A stretch of 64,000 nt of DNA, taken from NCBI GenBank assembly GCA_950097015.1, contig CATNEN010000001.1:6572001-6636000 (forward strand), read 5' to 3'. Position numbers and translations under genes: made by a program. This stretch comes from Macrostomum hystrix (Eukaryota; Animalia; Platyhelminthes). Below are positions 54,601 to 64,000 of the stretch, in pieces (positions within the stretch are counted from its first letter, which is position 1; every line of letters begins with the position of its first letter). The notes below the pieces were generated by a model. That model made no database searches. It worked only from the letters and a program-made list of their open reading frames with translations, and was not told where the DNA came from.

Positions 54601-57600
54601 AAACACCTGCACCTCGCACAGAGTCAGGTAGGTCTTTGCCCTGCTGTAAACTGTGACGACACTTCCGACTCGGTCGCACTTGAAAGTCTTTGCGCCGAAG
54701 ACGGTTCGCGAGTTGTACGAAGCGCACTCGTGACCGTCCACTGACACCACGAAGTTCGTGAGCCTCTCGGCACAGCAGTCAGCTCTGTTGAAGATCCTGA
54801 CCTCCTTGATGTGAGCCTGCTTCTGTGTCTTTGCCGACCACCAGCCGTTCTCGAGCTGTGTGTGAGTACACGAGTATCCCCAGTAGTTCTGGTTGGTGTT
54901 TCCGTCGATGGCTCGGCTGCAGACGCCCTCCCAGCCGACTGAGCTCTGAGAGCAGTGACTCAACGGAAGCAGGTCTGCAAGAGTACGCAAAGTTGTTTCT
55001 TAGTAAAAAGCAGTTCTGAATTGGACCCTCTAGTCAATATCTAGGTAAGACAAGCACTTGACACACTCACTTGTCTGCACGGGCTGCTCGATCGTCTCTC
55101 CGAACACTTCCACCTCGCACAGAGTGAGCCACAGCTTCAAGTTCGTCCTGATGATGACGTTCTGTCCGACCTTGTCGCACTTGAAGCTCTTCACTGAGAA
55201 GAACTCGTTCGACCTGTGAGTGGCGCACACCACGTTGTCAACGAGGATGTCGAAGTTGTTGAGTCGCTCAGAGCAGCAGTCGAGTCGGTTGTAGATGACG
55301 ACCTCCTTGATGTGAGCGGGCTTCTTCAAGCTTCCTTGCCAGAAGCCGCTCGGATCCTTGGTGTGGCTGCACGAGTTGGCACCGTAGTTCTGGTTGGTGT
55401 TTCCATCGATGGCTCTCTGGCACACTCCGTTCCACCCGACTGAGGTCTGGAAGCAGCTGCTCAGCTTCAGCTTGGCTGGAATGTGAAATGGTGTTCTTAA
55501 TATCGTTTGGTTGATTAAATATAATAATCTCAGCATTTCGCAAAGTTTTAGTTATTTGCCAACATTTTCGGCAGGTTTTATACGGCCAAAATAATCCTTC
55601 TTTCATTATTAATTAGCAATTCATAAGTTATTTTTCAATTATTTTAACCGTGTTTCGACCCTCAAATCCCTGTTTTACCTTCTAGTAAAACTTCTTCATT
55701 GTCACACCTCAAGAAAGCTCTAACCACTGGACTAGACTAAAACCTCCCCATTGATTGACATTCAACAAGAACGCGCAGCTCGCAGTTCGAAGAGCTAGAC
55801 CCCGTTGCAAAGTTCTCCGCACCCTGGCGAAAACCTTCTTGGGGAGCGACAAGGAGACGCTTCTGGACTACAGAACGATTTGCCGACAAGTGCTGGAGTA
55901 TGTCGCCTTGGTCTGTGCGCCTGCATGACGAAGTGGCACTGCTAGACGTCCATTCGCTCTGCCGCTTGCGCTCGTTGCAATTTCTCGCCACAGCCAGGCA
56001 CTCGGGGCATTCATGCCACACCATGACGCGGCTTCTCACTCTGATACTGACGGGTTTCGGCAGACGTCACCAAGACGACCGCTGGGGCGAGACAGGTGAG
56101 TTGGCTACTTTGACGACGCAGAGGCGATCTAGCAAGAGATAAGCGGCAACCACTCCCGAGTGATCACCGAACAGGATGATCGGCGACCGCCTCAACATCA
56201 GTGCAACGCGGAGGTCGGCCTACGCCGCGAAGCCCGCTGCTGACTTGCACGGCTCCGCTCAGGCTTTTGCCCGCTGCTGAACAACTTCCAACACCGCCTG
56301 AACTCAGACTTCGAATACCGCTGTCGAGACTGCGGGCAGTTGGTTCACAGCCCACGGCACCTATTAGATTGCCCGATCAGCCCCTTCAACCTTATCAAGC
56401 TCTGGCAGCGGCCGGCCGACGTTGCCCGCTAGCTGCAACTCTGCTGATTCCGACATCACCCTGTTCCTCTGTTCCTAGGGCTACCACACATACAACCTCC
56501 ACACTCCTTAGCAATTACTAAAAAACACAATGATCTGTTACATTCTTCTTTGAATAACTGAAATTTTGGGTATAAGCAAAGCTATGGAATCAGCCGACAA
56601 CATTTGGAAATTGTAAACATTTTGTTTCAGAATTATTACTTTTTATATACAAAAGCCTTACGATATGCTTATTATGTACCGTGCCTCATCGTCACTATAA
56701 ACGCTATTGAAAAAAGCAAGTCGGATAATACCTGTGCAGTTAAGTCATGATATGAAAACCTCTTAGTGCAAAAAATTACGTGCTATCGAACCACTAATAA
56801 CTCTATGTAATAGAATACCCGAGTCAGTTTCTTATCGTATCAGTGCTGAAAAATAAGCTAAATATGGAATACTGCCACTGCAACATCTGCAAACATCACT
56901 ATGCAAACTGCAAGCTATTTGAAAACCTGCGTGGCCCACTTACGGAATGTCCTTCGTGTTGTGTACTGGCCGAACACCTGCACCTCACACAGAGTCAGGT
57001 AGGTCCTTGCCCTGCTGTAAACTGTGACGACACTTCCGACTCGGTCGCACTTGAAAGTCTTTGCGCCGAAGACGGTTCGCGAGTTGTACGAAGCGCACTC
57101 GTGACCGTCCACTGACACCACGAAGTTCGTGAGCCTCTCGGCACAGCAGTCAGCTCTGTTGAAGATCCTGACCTCCTTGATGTGAGCCTGCTTCTGTGTC
57201 TTTGCCGACCACCAGCCGTTCTCGAGCTGTGTGTGAGTACACGAGTATCCCCAGTAGTTCTGGTTGGTGTTTCCGTCGATGGCTCGGCTGCAGACGCCCT
57301 CCCAGCCGACTGAGCTCTGAGAGCAGTGACTCAACGGAAGCAGGTCTGCAAGAGTACGCAAAGTTGTTTCTTAGTAAAAAGCAGTTCTGAATTGGACCCT
57401 CTAGTCAATATCTTGGTAAGACAAGCACTTGACACACTCACTTGTCTGCACGGGCTGCTCGATCGTCTCTCCGAACACTTCCACCTCGCACAGAGTGAGC
57501 CACAGCTTCAAGTTCGTCCTGATGATGACGTTCTGTCCGACCTTGTCGCACTTGAAGCTCTTCACTGAGAAGAACTCGTTCGACCTGTGAGTGGCGCACA

Positions 57601-58667
57601 CCACGTTGTCAACGAGGATGTCGAAGTTGTTGAGTCGCTCAGAGCAGCAGTCGAGTCGGTTGTAGATGACGACCTCCTTGATGTGAGCGGGCTTCTTCAA
57701 GCTTCCTTGCCAGAAGCCGCTCGGATCCTTGGTGTGGCTGCACGAGTTGGCACCGTAGTTCTGGTTGGTGTTTCCATCGATGGCTCTCTGGCACACTCCG
57801 TTCCACCCGACTGAGGTCTGGAAGCAGCTGCTCAGCTTCAGCTTGTCTGGAATTGGTCGATCGATAAAAATTTTGCTGAATGGTTTCGTGTTTCTGCAGT
57901 TTTCGTACACTTTGTTCTCCTTCTTTGGTATATGTTAATCTTAAGTTAGTCTTTTTTCTTTTTCTTTTCTGAAAGCTTACCTCTTCACGGATTATTACAT
58001 TTAGTGCATATAGCAGTCAAGAAGATCTCGCTATAAAATTTACAAGACTATTACGAGTAATGTCAAAAATATGAGTTTTCAAAAGGACTCACGCCCACTT
58101 TGTCGCGTGGTATATGCTCCAAACGCCTGGACCTCGCACAATGTTAGGTAGGTCCTGGTTCGAGCTCGAATCATTACAACGCTGCCGACCCTGTTGCAGT
58201 GGAAGGTTCTCACACTGAAGGCGCTGCGCGAGTTGTAGGACGCGCACTCGTGACCGTCGACCGTGATGACGAAATTGTTCAGTCTCTCGGCACAGCAGTC
58301 AGCCCTGTTGAAGATCCTGACCTCCTTGATGTGAGCCAGTCTGCCTGTGCTCGCCATCCACCAGCCGTTCTCCAGGTTGGTGTGGGTGCACGAGTTTCCA
58401 CCGTAGTTCTGGTTGGTGTTTCCGTCGATGGCTCGGCTGCAGACGCCGCCCCAGCCCATTGAGCTCTGTGAGCAGTGACTCAGTTTTAGTTGGCCTGCGA
58501 TTAAATTTTGAAACGTGTGGTAGATTTCGATGGTTTGAAATCTGAATTTGAAATAGTACAACTCGTGTAACAACTCTTTATTCGTATAAAGTAGGGAGAT
58601 ACTGACCCCCTGCTGCAGCAGTGTGAAGAGCCAGTGCGAGCAGCAACCAAAGATAGCGAAGCGCCAT
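48641..58667 (-). CDS. Secreted tandem F-type lectin: signal peptide + 11 FTL domains + C-terminal WSC (~1594 aa). Exons 58607-58667, 58093-58494, 57442-57846, 56944-57345, 55071-55475, 54573-54974, 54021-54422, 51198-51602, 50700-51101, 50147-50548, 49527-49931, 49026-49430, 48641-48927
   Basis: Leader MALRYLWLLLALALHTAAAG. Each FTL exon has QSS/QTS..RAIDGN..SC(T/S)HT, H-x25-R-x-D-CC-x2-R and LTLCEV. All introns are phase 1. The last exon YIGCYID...C...C...FALQSGDQCFCG...C..PCSGD....CGG is a WSC domain. Confidence 0.9.
51845..53300 (+). mobile_element. Degenerate LTR-retrotransposon (gypsy-like) pol remnants in a lectin intron
   Basis: QTDHEPLKYI (RNase H-like, ~51898); RRYHQTLEGHVG...CLKC (HHCC-like); TLVSDNALEFKS...PASKCQIER (integrase core); stops and frameshifts present. 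Confidence 0.55.
55737..56520 (-). mobile_element. Possible decayed retroelement fragment in a lectin intron
   Basis: GC-richer patch; QHLSANR...PQEGFRQGA resembles the LINE RT motif Q.GFR.G; weak. Confidence 0.3.
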
Positions 58668-59133
58668 CTTTATTATAGACGTGAATAAATTAGGAATCTT
58701 TAAGCCTAAACTAGTTAAAAATGTTCTAATTCCCCTGCCAATATATAGACGATTATGAATTATTTTTGTCAACTTTTTCGTTTTTATGGAACAAAAACTG
58801 CTGTTAATCTTCCCGATTACCATATGGCGATCTTTGAGTTAGGCTAGTTTGAGGCGAAAACACCCCACCCTTAGTTTAAATCGACTAAAAAATGAACTAG
58901 CAAATAATTCAGGAATAAAGTTTAAATTGCTATCGAAGCAAGACTTAAGAGGGCTAAAAATACTGACCAACAGCTAGCAAGTGGGTCAATCTAAAGACAC
59001 CAATTCAATTATAATACATGAAACAACGTGGAGTATGTTCCATGACGCCAACGACAAAAAAAACAATAAATAAATACAAATTCTAAACAAGTAATATATA
59101 CTACTTGAAAAAACTTTATTCGCAAAAAAGCAA

Positions 59134-59895
59134 CACTCACTTCCACTTGGCTGCACCTGAGGCAGGTAGCTACCGAAGGCCTGCACCTCGCACAGGGTCA
59201 GGTAAGTGGTCCTTCGGCTAGCGATCCGCAGCACCTGTCCGACCCTGTCGCAGTTAAACGTCTGCACGCTGAATGCGGCGCCGGAGTGGTAGGACGCGCA
59301 CACGTGACCGTCCACCATGATGACAAAGTTGTTGAGCCTGTCCGAGCAGCAGTCGGCCCTGTTGAAGATCCTCACCTGCCGGAAGTGGACCGGTCTCGAT
59401 GCCTGAGCCTGCCACCAGCCGTGCTCCAGGTTGGTGTGGGTGCATGAGCTAGCGCCGTAGTTCCTGTTGGTGTTTCCGTCGATGGCTCGGCTGCACACGC
59501 CGCCCCAGCCCATTGAGCTCTGTGAGCAGTGACTCAGTTGTATCTGCTCTGCAATTGGGAGGTGCAAGTCTTTGTAACAGAATAACAGCCTGGTTCTTTG
59601 CTTTGGAACAGCACACCTTTCTGTTTCAGAAAACGTTTCCATTTCGTAACTGTCTTTTTGCGCAAGGACCTAGTGGAAAGATCGATAGGAAAACATGGAA
59701 AACCAAATTTGATGGTCGACAGAAACTAAATAAACCAGTTTGAGCAACTCGAATAGCAGGACTGCTTTTTGTGAAGACAGGTTCCTAGGACTCACCAGAT
59801 GCAGTTGCTGCATCAATAGCCAGTGCAAGCAGCATCCATTACAGACAGTGTGCCATTTGATGCTTTGACTCTATCTTGTATAAATGTAAAGCTAT
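59134..59895. repeat. 762-bp direct repeat copy 1 (partner 63049-63810)
   Basis: Offset 3915 bp; about 5 substitutions seen by eye. Confidence 0.95.
59141..59856 (-). CDS. Additional lectin 5' cassette: leader-like exon 59796-59856 (in-frame TAA at codon 6) + intact FTL exon 59141-59548
   Basis: MAHCL*WMLLALAIDAATASG aligns codon-for-codon with the 58607-58667 leader. The FTL exon has full motifs and phase-1 AG/GT sites. Confidence 0.7.
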
Positions 59896-60242
59896 CAAAA
59901 TCTGATAGCAAGATCTGAGGGCAAGGACTGCGCCCAGATGTCGATCAGGCACCTGCTCAGCACTAAGACGGACCAGTACAACCAGACAGCCAAGCGAAAC
60001 CAGCCTAGCAACAAGAGCCGCGTCATGGGTCCGCGGACATCCTCAGGCCGTGAGCTGTGCTTGTCCTTCAACAGCACCAACGGCTGCATGAGGAACAATT
60101 GCCGATTCCTCAATGCCTGCCAAATCTGTGAGGGCAGCCACTCCGAGCAGAATCACGCAAAAAACTGAGTAAGCGCGCCGAAACGGCGCGCGAAACCTAT
60201 TTTACGCCTCCTGCTTTTAATTGCCTCGCTGAGCCCGCTCAC

Positions 60243-62783
60243 GTGCCCTGCATCGTCAAGCCTCCAGCGCGGATGTCCGATCTGACGCAGCCAGTGGGTG
60301 ATCTCCGCATCGACGCCTGGCGCTCCGAGCTTGCTGGCGACCCCGACGCTGATTTTATTCTCGACGGCATCGAGAGTGGCTTCTCCATTGCTGATGACTT
60401 CGACTTTACACCTTGTTTCTGCAGCAACTACCAGTTCGTCAACCGGAATCGCGACCAAGTCCAAGCTGTTATCGAAGAAGAAATCCGGCTCGGGAGGTAC
60501 CTCCCAGTCGTGGACAAGCCTGCGATGGTCTGTCCGCTGGGAGCCATTCCGAAAGACAGCTCCGGCATCCGGCTAATCCATGATTGCTCCGTCCCTCGCG
60601 GCTGCAGCCTGAACGATCACTATGCCCAACAACGACGTCTCCGCTTCACCTCCGTCGACGAGGCCGTCAAGATGATGCAGCCCGGCTGGTTCATGGCAAA
60701 GGTGGACATCGCGTCAGCCTACCGCAGCGTGCCAATTTCTCCGCAGTGCTATCAAGCCACCGGCATCCACTGGGACTTCGGCTACGGCTGCTCAACATTT
60801 CTGGTGGATACGCGGTTACCATTCGGCAGCAGAGCCTCCGTCAGCATTTTCCATCGACTCACGCAAGCGGCCCGACGAATGATGTGTCGCAAGGGGTTCC
60901 TGGCAACCGTCGTTTTCATCGATGACTTCCTCGTCATGGCCAGGACGAAAGCCGAGTGCGACAGGGCCTACCATGAGCTGCGCAACCTGCTCAACAAGCT
61001 TGGCTTCATCATCAACGACAAAAAGTCTGTGCCGCCGACGACAAAGCTGCGGTTCCTCGGCATTGACATCGACACCGTGCAAGCCAGTCTTTCCTTCCCA
61101 GCCGACAAAGCCGAAAAGCTTCAGCTTCTCCTTGACACCTGCCTCTCGCGGAGGAGCTTGTGCAAGTCTGAACTGCAGAAGCTGCTCGGGCACCTCAGCC
61201 ACCTGTGCACGGCCGCTCAGCACGGGCGAACTTTCCTGCGGCCGCTGATTGAGCAGGTCAATAGCCTGGTGCATCCGTCCGATAGGGTCGGCGTCACGGA
61301 AGACCTCCAGTCGCAGCTGAGGTGGTGGATGACCGCGTTGAGCACGCTGCCGCCTAGAGCGGCCTGGCCCTCGCGTAGGCCGGCTGGAGCGATTGAGTCT
61401 GACGCCTGTGACATGGGAGGCGGTGCTGTGCTGCATTTCGTCGACAGAGAACCGGTTTGGCTCTACATCGGCTGGCAGTCCGATTGTGATGGCGCGTTCA
61501 AGGAGCTGCACATCAACCTCAAGGAGTGCGCCGCCCCGCTGGTTGCGATTCTGCAGCACCAAGAAGCCTTCAGCGGCTGCTCGGTTGCGGTCTACACTGA
61601 CAGCACCGCCGCCTGCGGCATCATTAACTCGGGCTCCGCCAAGCACCAATGTATTACCGACCTGCAGAAGCGCGTCGCCCTGACCTGCATTCAACGCGAC
61701 ATCATCGTCCGCGCGCACCATATGCCTGGCCGCTTCCAGCTGCTCGCCGACCCGCTGTCCAGAGCGCATGACCCCAGCCAGCTTGCCAACTTTCTGTTTC
61801 GCTTCTATGGCACCTGCTATGTGCCAACCAGCTTGCTTGCCTCCGCTTGCTTGAGTTCTGCCGCTGCTTCCCACCTTTTGTTTCAGGTCCGCCTCCTGTG
61901 GTCCCGGTTCCCGGCCTCTCCGCGCCGGCACGTCGACTGCTCAGCCGAGGCTTCGCCAGCTCAACTCGCTCCGCCTACGCCAGCCAGTGCGCGTCCTGGA
62001 TGCGATTCTGCGCCGCCCATCGACTTCAACCGCTTTCAGCGCAGCCCGCTGACTTATGCAACTACCTGGCGGAGCTGGCGTACAACCCGCTGTTCTCCGT
62101 CAGCAGCCTATCCTGTCACCTCGCCGCCGTGTCCTGGCTCTACAAATCAAACAGCGTGGCTTACCCGACGAGGCAGCCACTGGTTCAGCTGGCCCTGCGC
62201 GGCGCCCGTCGGCTCCTCGGCGCCGCCCCAAGGAGCAAACAAGCGTTGCGGCCGGCCGACCTGCAGCGACTGCACGGCATGCTGCGACCTGAAGAGCCCA
62301 GGGACTGCGCACTCTGGTGTGACTGCATCGTTGGCTGGTGGGCCATGCTGCGGCGAGCCAACCTGTGCGTATCCGGCCGGTTTGATCCGCAGCGATACCT
62401 CAGCGCGAGCTGCATCCGGTCGTCAAGGGCCAGCGTCATCCTCGTCATTCCGAGGTCGAAAACAAACCAGTTCGGGGCGCGCCAGCACCGAGTTTTCTTG
62501 CCGCAGCACCCAGATGGACATCCACTCTGCCCGGTCACCGCGCTCCAGAAGCAGCTGCGCATTAACCGACCGCAGGACACCCGGCATCAGCTGTTCAGTA
62601 CCCGAACCGGACGGTCCACCGCGCCGCTCACCGCGCGCACCTTCGCAAGGCGCCTGTCCACAGCACTTCGACAGGCCGGGTTCGCCGAGCCAGCCAGGTT
62701 CTCTGGCACTCGTTGTGTCGAGGTGGCGCTACATCCGCGACGGAGGCCGGCATCCCCATCGATTCAATCATGCGAGTCGGTGA
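60243..62783 (+). CDS. Retrotransposon reverse transcriptase + RNase H
   Basis: PLGAIPK..GIRLIHDCS; AKVDIASAYR; TRLPFGSRAS; VFIDDF; FLGIDIDT; RNase H ESDAC..GGG, HINLKEC, YTDS, HMPG...LADPLSR. Confidence 0.92.
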   Translation: MPCIVKPPARMSDLTQPVGDLRIDAWRSELAGDPDADFILDGIESGFSIADDFDFTPCFCSNYQFVNRNRDQVQAVIEEEIRLGRYLPVVDKPAMVCPLGAIPKDSSGIRLIHDCSVPRGCSLNDHYAQQRRLRFTSVDEAVKMMQPGWFMAKVDIASAYRSVPISPQCYQATGIHWDFGYGCSTFLVDTRLPFGSRASVSIFHRLTQAARRMMCRKGFLATVVFIDDFLVMARTKAECDRAYHELRNLLNKLGFIINDKKSVPPTTKLRFLGIDIDTVQASLSFPADKAEKLQLLLDTCLSRRSLCKSELQKLLGHLSHLCTAAQHGRTFLRPLIEQVNSLVHPSDRVGVTEDLQSQLRWWMTALSTLPPRAAWPSRRPAGAIESDACDMGGGAVLHFVDREPVWLYIGWQSDCDGAFKELHINLKECAAPLVAILQHQEAFSGCSVAVYTDSTAACGIINSGSAKHQCITDLQKRVALTCIQRDIIVRAHHMPGRFQLLADPLSRAHDPSQLANFLFRFYGTCYVPTSLLASACLSSAAASHLLFQVRLLWSRFPASPRRHVDCSAEASPAQLAPPTPASARPGCDSAPPIDFNRFQRSPLTYATTWRSWRTTRCSPSAAYPVTSPPCPGSTNQTAWLTRRGSHWFSWPCAAPVGSSAPPQGANKRCGRPTCSDCTACCDLKSPGTAHSGVTASLAGGPCCGEPTCAYPAGLIRSDTSARAASGRQGPASSSSFRGRKQTSSGRASTEFSCRSTQMDIHSARSPRSRSSCALTDRRTPGISCSVPEPDGPPRRSPRAPSQGACPQHFDRPGSPSQPGSLALVVSRWRYIRDGGRHPHRFNHASR

Positions 62784-62874
62784 CTGGGCAAGCAGCGCTG
62801 TAGAGCGGTACCTGCCACCATCGGTTGAGCGCAGTGCGCCGCTGCGCCAGGCTTCGCTCCTCCCCTCAACGTGA
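61847..62874 (+). pseudogene. Tyrosine recombinase with a frameshift near 62706
   Basis: SSTRSAY..W..FC; WAMLRRANL; RSKTNQ; LCPVTAL. After a 1-nt shift the frame continues HSLCRGGA...GDWASSAVERYL to TGA 62872-62874. Confidence 0.85.
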
Positions 62875-63048
62875 CCTACTCCCTGTTTTGAGATTTTTTG
62901 GACTCGTTCGTCCGCTGCCTTTGTCGCCACGCCTGTGCCTTCCCTCTTGCTGCTTTTGGCCCTGTTGGCTAACGTCTGTGCTGGTCAGCCAATTGAAAAC
63001 AGAAACACGGGTAATGAGAAAAATTCAAAGGAAAAACTCTCGTAGCTG

Positions 63049-63810
63049 CACTCACGTCCACTTGGCTGCACCTGAGGCAGGTAGCTACCGAAGGCCTGCA
63101 CCTCGCACAGGGTCAGGTAAGTGGTCCTTCGGCTAGCGATCCGCAGCACCTGTCCGACCCTGTCGCAGTTAAACGTCTGCACGCTGAATGCGGCGCCGGA
63201 GTGGTAGGACGCGCACACGTGACCGTCCACCATGATGACAAAGTTGTTGAGCCTGTCCGAGCAGCAGTCGGCCCTGTTGAAGATCCTCACCTGCCGGAAG
63301 TGGACCGGTCTCGATGCCTGAGCCTGCCACCAGCCGTGCTCCAGGTTGGTGTGGGTGCATGAGCTAGCGCCGTAGTTCCTGTTGGTGTTTCCGTCGATGG
63401 CTCGGCTGCAGACGCCGCCCCAGCCCATTGAGCTCTGTGAGCAGTGACTCAGTTGTATCTGCTCTGCAATCGGGAGGTGCAAGTCTTTGTAGCAGAATAA
63501 CAGCCTGGTTCTTTGCTTTGGAACAGCACACCTTTCTGTTTCAGAAAACGTTTCCATTTCGTAACTGTCTTTTTGCGCAAGGACCTAGTGGAAAGATCGA
63601 TAGGAAAACATGGAAAACCAAATTTGATGGTCGACAGAAACTAAATAAACCAGTTTGAGCAACTCGAATAGCAGGACTGCTTTTTGTGAAGACAGGTTCC
63701 AAGGACTCACCAGATGCAGTTGCTGCATCAATAGCCAGTGCAAGCAGCATCCATTACAGACAGTGTGCCATTTGATGCTTTGACTCTATCTTGTATAAAT
63801 GTAAAGCTAT
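63049..63810. repeat. 762-bp direct repeat copy 2
   Basis: Matches 59134-59895. Confidence 0.95.
63056..63771 (-). CDS. Second copy of the lectin 5' cassette: leader-like exon 63711-63771 (same TAA) + FTL exon 63056-63463
   Basis: Near-identical to 59141-59856. Confidence 0.68.
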
Positions 63811-64000
63811 TAAAGTCTAAATCCGGAGATGTCCAACAACTTGCTTATTTCTTGCCTTGCCCTAGCTTCACTCAATATATAGAAAAGCTGTTTCAACTAT
63901 TTTACAGGGCATTTCAGCCACTTCAGAAAAATGCAACCATTGCTTTTTTCAGCTTTCCATGAGACAGTTGTCTCTGAGGAATTTCAGAAAAAAACAGGAA

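Larger units (their letters stand above)
59896..63048 (+). mobile_element. Tyrosine-recombinase retrotransposon (Ngaro/DIRS group), 5'-truncated
   Basis: gag C-terminal Cys/His motif (CLSFNSTNGC..NCRF..C..C...H); RT-RNase H ORF; overlapping tyrosine recombinase ORF; no DIRS-type methyltransferase seen. Confidence 0.9.

Noticed and set aside
60816-61931. 371-aa antisense ORF within the retrotransposon
   Set aside because: GC-rich antisense shadow of the RT/RNase H codons with no recognisable motifs
59134-63810. Diversity-generating retroelement (RT next to repeated lectin domains)
   Set aside because: The RT is a DIRS/Ngaro-type RT-RNase H with a recombinase. The few differences between repeats are mixed substitutions rather than adenine-specific, and the lectins are F-type, not the C-type fold targeted by DGRs.

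Overview
This is eukaryotic (invertebrate metazoan) genomic DNA with GT-AG introns. The intronic minisatellites, SINEs and gene content suggest a flatworm such as Macrostomum, but that is inference only. Gene order: 3' end of ANKAR (+); ARPC4 (-); two tandem DEG/ENaC channel paralogues (-); an uncharacterised TBC/Rab-GAP-like coiled-coil gene (-) head-to-head with a TLC-domain gene (+); a GGT7-like gamma-glutamyltransferase with a degenerate active site (+); and a large F-type lectin (fucolectin, FTL) locus (-). The lectin locus has a leader exon, 11 symmetric phase-1 FTL exons and a WSC exon (~1594 aa). Upstream of it are two further near-identical leader+FTL cassettes that flank a tyrosine-recombinase (Ngaro/DIRS-type) retrotransposon. 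Repeats include about 15 distinct intronic minisatellites, two tRNA-SINE families, a 390-bp-TIR foldback element with an 8-bp TSD, several MITEs, a Tc1/IS630-like transposase fragment and LINE/gypsy remnants. The most notable feature is the modular lectin locus: its exon blocks are nearly identical, but homology stops within a few bases of splice sites and the spacer introns are unrelated, the long ones being TE-filled. Exon coordinates were read by eye from splice motifs and reading frames.
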